DNA of 64,000 nt from a virus. Position numbers and translations under genes: made by a program. The notes below the pieces were generated by a model. It was not told the DNA's origin. It worked only from the letters and a program-made list of their open reading frames with translations, and ran no database searches. Where the stretch lies: IMG/VR virus record IMGVR_UViG_3300000956_000002, positions 16,253-80,252 of that record, one strand, 5' to 3'. Positions 57,400-64,000 of the stretch are shown in pieces (positions within the stretch are counted from its first letter, which is position 1; every line of letters starts with the position of its first letter).

Positions 57400-58445
57400 G
57401 TTTTCCAAACTCCAAGTTGTTCGAGCAGGGCGTGAAATTTATCCACAGTGGCGTCCCAGGTGAGATGCTTAACTGACGCCGGGCCAGCGTTTGATTTCAC
57501 GACAGCCAACGTGCGATCATTGTGAATGGCGCGCATTATCTCGACGGCATGCTCTTCATCTGGCTCGCACCACGTCCCGGCGTATGGCGTGTTTCCAGCG
57601 CCGATGTCGTCCGCTGGAACCTCTTTGAAATTCACCTGGAACGAATTCTTCTCCGTTATGTAATCGGCTTGTCCGGAATATTTGCAGCCGATCATCGGGC
57701 GACCGCAGGCAATTGCGTTCAGGCCCCAAAGTCCGAAGCCTTCACCGCGGGCGAGCGTGACGTAAGCCGTCAATCCTCGCAGCCATTCACCTAATTGATA
57801 TGGCTCCATGATGTCGCGAAAAACCTTCACGCGATCATCTGTCACTGGATCAATCTTGTCGTTCGGATGGATTTTGACATGCAGGCGAACGTCAGGTTCA
57901 GACGGAAACGTTCTCAGGAATAAATTGATCGCAGATTGAATGCCTTTCCGTTTTGCACAGTGTGCCGGCCGTCCCGCGACGCCGAAGATCGTGGGTCCAC
58001 CGGTCGATAACGGCGACTGGTAGTAAACGGTTGGATCATAGCCAAGTGAAATTACACTCACCGGCGCATTGACTCCGGATTCCTTGAAGGATTCAGCGCA
58101 CCAAGAGCATGGCACAACGACATGCTCACAACGACTCAACAGCGACACGATTTGAGGCTGGAGTCGTGACGACTCCCACATTGTGAACCAGAGAGTTTTT
58201 TTGCGCGGCGTTGGAGCTTCTGGCGGTGGACAGAATAAAACCTCCCACTCCTCAGGCTGAGGAACGATGACGACCTGCCCCTTCATTTTGACCGGGGCCT
58301 GCACGACTGGTCCAATCTGTCGGAGCGAGATAAAAACCCCGCGCTCTTGAAGTCCTTCGAAGATTTTCTGAAATGCCAAGCCGTATCCGTCTTGGACGTA
58401 CAAACGCGCTCGCATTGTTAGGCGCCGAATGGGGTTTTGTGTCAT
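57396..58445 (-). CDS. GT4 (GT-B) glycosyltransferase
   Basis: DGYG; TMWES; RKG; RGEGFGL..AIACGRP. Confidence 0.85.
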   Translation of the reverse strand: MTQNPIRRLTMRARLYVQDGYGLAFQKIFEGLQERGVFISLRQIGPVVQAPVKMKGQVVIVPQPEEWEVLFCPPPEAPTPRKKTLWFTMWESSRLQPQIVSLLSRCEHVVVPCSWCAESFKESGVNAPVSVISLGYDPTVYYQSPLSTGGPTIFGVAGRPAHCAKRKGIQSAINLFLRTFPSEPDVRLHVKIHPNDKIDPVTDDRVKVFRDIMEPYQLGEWLRGLTAYVTLARGEGFGLWGLNAIACGRPMIGCKYSGQADYITEKNSFQVNFKEVPADDIGAGNTPYAGTWCEPDEEHAVEIMRAIHNDRTLAVVKSNAGPASVKHLTWDATVDKFHALLEQLGVWKT

Positions 58446-58452
58446 GGGGATT

Positions 58453-60120
58453 TTACTCTTCTAAGAAAGGTGGCGGCGATGGATCAGCAGACTGCGGCCC
58501 AATCGGAACATCCAAGCATCCATACGCGTACCCGCCAGTGCTCGGGTCGATCGTGGTCAAATTTTCAGAATCGAAGTCTTCTTCAAAAATCACTTCGTCG
58601 TCGGTTTCGTTTCGGCAAACGATGTCGTCAATCAGCGTCCCGATGTTGAACTGCGTCCGAATCGCAATCTGCTCGATGATGATCGGACCTTCGAAGTCGC
58701 CATCCTGAGTCCATTCGAACGAGGTTTCTTCAAAGTCCTGACTGCCGAATATCGGGTCCGGCTCGAACACGTTATCGCCGCAGGTGATGCGTATTTGATA
58801 GCTGGGCGTTGTCGGAGGGTTGATCGGATTTAAATTCGTGCTGCCGGCTTGCAGGAGCGTGATGCTGTAATCCTTTCCGTTTTCCCACTGGAAATCTTCT
58901 TTGGTCGTGAGTCGTCCAAAGCCGAGATCGAGGCCAGTTTGTCCATGACCGCTTGGGCCGGTACCCTGAAGATCGACGTAGCCGCCATGTTCTGGACGAA
59001 CGTCGAAAAGCCCAAATCCGACGTAATCCGGGAATGACGCTGGCCGTCCGCTGTCGTCCAACGGATTCCGCGGATCATCGGGAAAGATTTCCTCAATCTC
59101 CTCGCCTTCGGAATCGCGAATGACTCTCGACGCGTTGAATTGATTCCAACCCGTGTAATTCAGTTGAGCCATTGGCGCCGTGCCTGGCTCCGGTGAACAG
59201 CCGCCAGAGCATAGGAAAGATTTCAATCCGCTCAACCAGCCGAGGATGTCGCCTTGAACGTCCTCATAGGCGCTGAGAAGAAAACCGCTCGACGCGATGG
59301 CGAACAAATCGCTGAACCAATTTGATTCCGGCGACGTGCGATTCCATGCGCGTGTGGCGACAACGCAGATGAATCCACCACTTTCCCGAAACGCCTGGGC
59401 GATTGGCTTCGGATCATCGCCAATCCATTGACCGTCGGTGAACAGAACAATGACGCGAACGCCGTCCTGGCCTTCGAATCCTTCGATCGCCTCACTTAGC
59501 GCATCGGCGAGATTCGTTCCACCCGTGCTGATAGAGATCGTGCTAATGGCCGATTGGAGTTCTTCGGCATCCTGAGACCATGTTTGGACCTGTTCGTAAT
59601 CATCGTTGAAAACGGAGACCGCAGCTTGGTCCTTCGAAAAATTAACAGTATCGCAAAAGTCGCGAGCGATGGATTTACTGAATTGCAGTTTGGTTCCGTA
59701 GGCGCCGGAAAACGATTGGCCCATCGACTTCGAGTTATCGATCAGGATTCGGAAAAACTGGTTGGTTTCCTCGCAGTTGGCGACGACATCCAATTGCGCT
59801 TGAGCGGTGAGATTCTGCCAAGCGACGGCGATATTGGTTTGGCCGGCAGAAGCGCCAGTGGCCAGACCGTCGTCGTTTACCTGGGCGACACCGCTGTTCG
59901 AACTTTCCCACGATAAGCCTTGTTCGAGCACGGTTTCAACACCATTGGCGCGCAGGACAACGGTGTATTGGAGGGTGCCGCCGACTTGAATAAGCCCTTG
60001 TTCTGGAGTCAGGATGAGAAGCGTGTAATTCCGGCATTCGTCTGGGTGCGCCGCGCGATACGCTGGGTCTGCGCAATTGGAATCAATTGGGGGCGTGTCA
60101 TCAGAACAACCGGCGCTCAT
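58453..60120 (-). CDS. Ig-like (Big_2) plus vWA domain protein
   Basis: WESSNSGVAQVNDDGLAT; MIDAS residues DNSKS, GGTN, LFTDG. Confidence 0.85.
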   Translation of the reverse strand: MSAGCSDDTPPIDSNCADPAYRAAHPDECRNYTLLILTPEQGLIQVGGTLQYTVVLRANGVETVLEQGLSWESSNSGVAQVNDDGLATGASAGQTNIAVAWQNLTAQAQLDVVANCEETNQFFRILIDNSKSMGQSFSGAYGTKLQFSKSIARDFCDTVNFSKDQAAVSVFNDDYEQVQTWSQDAEELQSAISTISISTGGTNLADALSEAIEGFEGQDGVRVIVLFTDGQWIGDDPKPIAQAFRESGGFICVVATRAWNRTSPESNWFSDLFAIASSGFLLSAYEDVQGDILGWLSGLKSFLCSGGCSPEPGTAPMAQLNYTGWNQFNASRVIRDSEGEEIEEIFPDDPRNPLDDSGRPASFPDYVGFGLFDVRPEHGGYVDLQGTGPSGHGQTGLDLGFGRLTTKEDFQWENGKDYSITLLQAGSTNLNPINPPTTPSYQIRITCGDNVFEPDPIFGSQDFEETSFEWTQDGDFEGPIIIEQIAIRTQFNIGTLIDDIVCRNETDDEVIFEEDFDSENLTTIDPSTGGYAYGCLDVPIGPQSADPSPPPFLEE

Positions 60121-60133
60121 GGCAGGTTGGTAG

Positions 60134-60148
60134 TCCGTAATTTACGGA
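60134..60148. promoter_or_regulatory. Operator copy TCCGTAATTTACGGA
   Basis: Identical to 30040-30054; upstream of the vWA-GT-fibre operon. Confidence 0.7.
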
Positions 60149-60182
60149 AAAGCAATTCGAAAGTGAACCTCGCCTTTAATTT

Positions 60183-60575
60183 TTACTCGCCGCAGAAATA
60201 ATATGGCATTTCAATCAACCCTCCGGCGAACCAGCAATTGGACACTTTCACATCTTTTACCTTTGAGGGTATTAGGATTCCGCCGCTGTCTCCGACCGCA
60301 AACGCACATCCAGTGACTTCGCAGTGGCTATTTACAATTACGCTACTGGTCCGATTAAAAGTGCAGTCCTCCAGTTTACTACCTTCCTCCATGATGACGA
60401 GGCATGGCATTCGGAAGCGATGATTTCGAAGGGTTGTTCCTCCTTTAATGCGAATGGTGTACTTCGGTTGGAGGATTTCAATGATCTGCTCTGCTCGATT
60501 TTCAGCAGCAACATCGTCCCACCATGCCGCACGGATTGGAACTGCAATTAAAACAAACAATAGGATTGTTTTCAT
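60183..60575 (-). CDS. Small secreted beta-helix-like protein
   Basis: Signal MKTILLFVLIAVPIRA; EDCTF/TGCAF/SNCWF repeats. Confidence 0.55.
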   Translation of the reverse strand: MKTILLFVLIAVPIRAAWWDDVAAENRAEQIIEILQPKYTIRIKGGTTLRNHRFRMPCLVIMEEGSKLEDCTFNRTSSVIVNSHCEVTGCAFAVGDSGGILIPSKVKDVKVSNCWFAGGLIEMPYYFCGE

Positions 60576-60964
60576 TTGTTCGGCGTAACATCAATCGGAG
60601 CCGTGGGTGCCGCGGTCGCAAAAGCCTTTCGCGCGCGCTTCGTTCCATCGCCGGAATTGCTGGCTGGAATAGTGCCCAAAACTTTGAACAGCGACGCCTC
60701 GGATTTGATGATATTCGCGTAGGCATTGGCCACCGCTGGCAATCGTTCTGGATCGGTGCCGTCATCTTTCACGATCGCCTCGTGCAATTTGCGCTTCACC
60801 GCCGGCAAACTTTCCATCGTGAACGCCACTGACCCGCTGGCGATGCGCGACAGGCCAATCTTCTCCGCCTCGACGCCCACTTGTTCGAGGACCTTCAGGC
60901 TTTCACGGCTGACGGCGATCAGGCCCAGGCTTGCTTCGGATTCTGTGGATGCTGGTTTGCTCAT
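60572..60964 (-). CDS. Hypothetical protein
   Basis: Start MSKPAS. Confidence 0.5.
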   Translation of the reverse strand: MSKPASTESEASLGLIAVSRESLKVLEQVGVEAEKIGLSRIASGSVAFTMESLPAVKRKLHEAIVKDDGTDPERLPAVANAYANIIKSEASLFKVLGTIPASNSGDGTKRARKAFATAAPTAPIDVTPNK

Positions 60965-61048
60965 TCCAAAACAATACTTAGGGTCCAAACTAAGGTCGTT
61001 AAGAATGCCCCGACAATAAATCCAAGTCGGAACCCAATCCATAAAATA

Positions 61049-61495
61049 TCATCGCTTGTTTGTTGCATAATTCCTCTTCGGTCGCTTCGGTCTAATCCGG
61101 TCGCTGTTCAAATTGAGCGGCCACCCGCTTTGTGTGCCCGACGTAACTGAGTAAAGCCAACAGTTCTCATCCATGTTCGCTTTGACCGGCATATAGCAGC
61201 CGCAGCCACTTCTCTCCATCTTAGTCTTTCCTGGCGCCATCCACATCGTCCCGTTGCCGCACGTCTTGCGCTTCGGGTCGTATATTCGACAGCGCATGCA
61301 GGCCCGCATCCTCTTGGACCAACGCGGATCCCTCGTATCCCTTGAGTGCTGCGCCAGTGACAAAAGGAGTTTGATACCACGACGTGCCAAATCGAGTGGG
61401 TTGGAAGCCCTTTGGAGGGTAGCGACAACTACTGCCATCAGGAAAGATTGCATACGGGTAATTCGTTTCCTTGCAATAGGCGACAAGATTTTCAT
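61049..61495 (-). CDS. Cys-rich (Zn-binding-like) protein
   Basis: CMRC..TCG..GCGC..NCW. Confidence 0.55.
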   Translation of the reverse strand: MKILSPIARKRITRMQSFLMAVVVATLQRASNPLDLARRGIKLLLSLAQHSRDTRDPRWSKRMRACMRCRIYDPKRKTCGNGTMWMAPGKTKMERSGCGCYMPVKANMDENCWLYSVTSGTQSGWPLNLNSDRIRPKRPKRNYATNKR

Positions 61496-62258
61496 GGAGA
61501 CGGTCGATGATGGTTTCTTTGATGACCTGGCAGATTTGTCCGAGGTAATTATTTTTCCAACGATGGTTTGTTTTTCGCGCGCGCTCGATCTTCTCGGCCG
61601 CAGCGTGGAAGGATTTGTTCGGCGTGAACTCCACTGACCATCGCATGGTGTCCGAATCCTTATCGTAGGCCGTGATCATCTCCGGATTTTGCGTGATGGT
61701 CCGACGGAGAAAATCGTAATGCTCTTTGCTGTAATGGTCTTGCCACTCTGCATTTTTGAAAATACGCCCGATCATGGCGTTCTTCCAATTCGCGCGCACC
61801 GGGAAAGCATCGAGCCGCCCGAACGAGAACTTGAGCGAGCGTCCTTGCAGCAGCCATTGCAGGATGAACTTCTCGAACGATGCCCAGACTGGAATGGCCG
61901 CCGCGGGATTGCGCAAGATCGTTGGCACGTACTCCTGCTTGCAATAGGCGTGAACGAAATCAGCATCGGCTGACATGCCGGGTTCTGGCGTTGACCAGCG
62001 CACTAAACGTTCCGGGTCTGTGCCATCCGCAGCTTTTGTCGCGATGGCTTCCAAGCTGAGTTTTGGAATCCACCATCGCCCTTCGCCTGTATGCGTGCAT
62101 GCGCCGAGAAGTTTCTTAGCGACGGCTCCGCGCTGAATCTTCAGCATCGGAATCTCGGCAAACGTCACCTCCGCATTGGCCACGTTCAACCACGTCACGC
62201 GGATTGGCATGCGCCAGCCCGCGGCGAGGTCGATTAGTTCGTAGAGGTCGCCACTCAT
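61221..62258 (-). CDS. Hypothetical protein with a weak HU-like segment
   Basis: LLQGRSLKFSFGRL; ATGA-coupled start. Confidence 0.5.
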   Translation of the reverse strand: MSGDLYELIDLAAGWRMPIRVTWLNVANAEVTFAEIPMLKIQRGAVAKKLLGACTHTGEGRWWIPKLSLEAIATKAADGTDPERLVRWSTPEPGMSADADFVHAYCKQEYVPTILRNPAAAIPVWASFEKFILQWLLQGRSLKFSFGRLDAFPVRANWKNAMIGRIFKNAEWQDHYSKEHYDFLRRTITQNPEMITAYDKDSDTMRWSVEFTPNKSFHAAAEKIERARKTNHRWKNNYLGQICQVIKETIIDRLHENLVAYCKETNYPYAIFPDGSSCRYPPKGFQPTRFGTSWYQTPFVTGAALKGYEGSALVQEDAGLHALSNIRPEAQDVRQRDDVDGARKD

Positions 62259-62452
62259 TTGTCGTCCACTATCTCTGTTCCGATGTTTTGGCCACGCTTA
62301 TTCAAGATTGTTCTAAGCCCGAACTCCACCCATATTCTCCCGTAAACTTTGCGGTTCTGCGCTGGGTAAGTGTCGTATTCAGTCGTTCCAAAATTAATAG
62401 CACTGATTACACAACTCCTCCCGTTTTCATCTGTGACTTTAAAGCCGATCAT
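62255..62452 (-). CDS. Small hypothetical protein
   Basis: Coupled to the integrase stop. Confidence 0.45.
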   Translation of the reverse strand: MIGFKVTDENGRSCVISAINFGTTEYDTYPAQNRKVYGRIWVEFGLRTILNKRGQNIGTEIVDDK

Positions 62453-63759
62453 GGTATCAAAACACCCGCCTTCTTCCCTTGTCCGCCCTTGGGTAATTCG
62501 ATTGGTGTGTTGCGGACTTTATCCGGCGTGAGCATTTCAAATTGTTCGCCCGTCTTGCGCCGCATGATGCCGCGATAGTGATCGTGCAGAATCTTCGGCG
62601 AGTTCCCGAGCATGCCAGCGACTTTCGTTTCGTTGTCGTCATATTTCCACATCAGGAACGACGCGCAGGTTTTACGAAGGATGTCTTGCTCCCATTTGAT
62701 GCCCGCGCGTTTGCAAAGCTTCTTGCGATGGCGCCGAATGCACTGGCGGACGGTGCGCATGGTTTTCTCGACTGCTTCGCCACGGCCCAGGCGGTCGCCT
62801 TTGGCTTCGCATTCGAAGATGTATTCGTATGGATATTTCGCAGTGGTATCGGCAGCCCCTTCAACTATTGGCTTCAACCACGCCATCAGTAACGGCTCGA
62901 TCTCAAAGCACCGACGCTGCCGCGTTTTACTCACGCCGTCCTCGATCACGATTTCACCGTCGTCCAAGTGAATGTCGCGCCACCGCAGCTTCTCCAACTC
63001 CTCCGGACGAATGCCGCCGAACAGCCCCAGCACAACGTAGGGCAGGAATTGTCGATCCGTCACACGACAAACCCAAAGCAGTTTCTCCGCTTGGTCCGGC
63101 GCGAGAATCACCGGCGTCTTGGCATCGACATACGGCATCTCGACGTGGTTCATCGGATTGGCCCCGGCTTCCAAATACGTGTTGTTCTTGCACGCCAGCG
63201 TGAACATAGCCTGCAATCGCGCGATCACCCCAAGCAGCGTTGAGCCCTGGGCTTGACCTTTGCCGCCCGGCCCTTTCTGGTTGGCGAGGAAATCCGTGAT
63301 CATGGCCGGCGTGACCTGATGGAGTGGCATCGAATCACGGCCGCGCGCAAATCGATCGAGAACAGATTTAAGGCTCGCGAGGTATCTCGGCCGCCGATTG
63401 CTCGTGGTCTTGGTCTGCATCGTGATCGTGATCATCTCGCGCAACGTGATCGTCCGATGTTTGGCTGCCCCACTGTTCGCCTTGTAGAACTCGGTGGCGC
63501 CACGGATCGTCGTGCCCAGATTGCGAAGCTCGGCTGCGCACACCATGATATCCACCTGCTCATAAGGTTTCAGCCGTGACCAAATGACACCGTGCTCTCT
63601 GTATTGGAATTTCGTCGATTCTTCAACAGACTCGGCCTCAGCCCTTGTCTTAAACCAAAGGCGCTCCCGCTTGCGCACGCCTCCCTTCGGCGGATGGTTG
63701 ATCACCAGTTCGAATCCAGGCTTCCCGCGGCGCTTTGTTTCGATGATATGGGATTTCAT
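62449..63759 (-). CDS. int: Tyrosine recombinase/integrase
   Basis: FGGIRPEEL (R), SKT (K), DILRKT, MLGNS, DHYRG (Y); start MKSHII. Confidence 0.9.
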   Translation of the reverse strand: MKSHIIETKRRGKPGFELVINHPPKGGVRKRERLWFKTRAEAESVEESTKFQYREHGVIWSRLKPYEQVDIMVCAAELRNLGTTIRGATEFYKANSGAAKHRTITLREMITITMQTKTTSNRRPRYLASLKSVLDRFARGRDSMPLHQVTPAMITDFLANQKGPGGKGQAQGSTLLGVIARLQAMFTLACKNNTYLEAGANPMNHVEMPYVDAKTPVILAPDQAEKLLWVCRVTDRQFLPYVVLGLFGGIRPEELEKLRWRDIHLDDGEIVIEDGVSKTRQRRCFEIEPLLMAWLKPIVEGAADTTAKYPYEYIFECEAKGDRLGRGEAVEKTMRTVRQCIRRHRKKLCKRAGIKWEQDILRKTCASFLMWKYDDNETKVAGMLGNSPKILHDHYRGIMRRKTGEQFEMLTPDKVRNTPIELPKGGQGKKAGVLIP

Positions 63760-63954
63760 GGGGTATTTGTCCGTTGTGCTACCGTTTGCTACCACTTTTT
63801 TCAAGCAAAAAATTACTGAATACGGAAATAAACGGAAACATTTGAAGTCGATAGCACAGCTTTGGGATGTGCGGCTCAGAGCGGAAACATTTGGCCCCGG
63901 CTACTTTTGAGTGGATTCGCCAATGAAATCGGGGTTTCCGTAATTTCTGAAGGA

Positions 63955-64000
63955 TGGTGGAGCCGAGGGGATTCGAACCCCTGACCCCCACAATGCCATT
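63955..64000 (-). tRNA. 3' half of tRNA-Ala(GGC), truncated by the window edge; probable att site
   Basis: Reverse complement AATGGCATTGTGGGGGTCAGGGGTTCGAATCCCCTCGGCTCCACCA: GGC anticodon, T-loop, CCA end. Confidence 0.9.

Larger units (their letters stand above)
1..63954. mobile_element. Temperate podovirus-like prophage/phage, left end beyond the window
   Basis: Integrase beside a tRNA 3' end; repressor switch; DnaB/SSB/recombination genes; capsid-like, tailspike, nozzle-like and giant ejection-like genes; no host housekeeping operon. Confidence 0.9.

Noticed and set aside
1-64000. CRISPR array, diversity-generating retroelement, retron or IS element
   Set aside because: No regularly spaced repeats, reverse transcriptase motif or transposase seen; the Cas4-like nuclease sits in a recombination module.
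1-64000. Stop-codon reassignment
   Set aside because: Long genes are intact in the standard code and coding density is high.

Overview
The whole window appears to be one temperate, podovirus-like prophage or phage genome. The likely host is in Verrucomicrobiota, inferred from a VPDSG-CTERM-type protein and a host-like DnaB. The right end carries a tyrosine integrase next to the 3' half of a tRNA-Ala(GGC), the probable att site. The left end is truncated in a probable portal gene, and no terminase is visible. Layout: head, exported fibre-like proteins, tailspike and membrane/lysis-like genes (+, 1-18.3 kb); replication and recombination (-, 18.3-30 kb); RHH/XRE switch (~30 kb); glycosyltransferase/methyltransferase cluster (+, 31-38 kb); giant ejection-type proteins, tail nozzle and fibre, two more GTs and a vWA protein (-, 38-62 kb); integrase. 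Most notable observations: (1) a 152-nt tRNA-like RNA with alanine identity elements and a giant variable arm, embedded in-frame in an FtsK-gamma/GT-like gene that heads the glycan cluster; (2) a phage glycan-building kit of about 6 GTs and 3 SAM methyltransferases; (3) tail-fibre-type proteins with Sec signal peptides; (4) about 1.2 kb of tandem dual-frame coding (EcoHK31I-like split C5 methyltransferase plus a split RusA-like gene); (5) a genome-wide palindromic operator; (6) a repeated leader RNA with a compensatory base change. All functional calls come from motif recognition by eye, without database searches.
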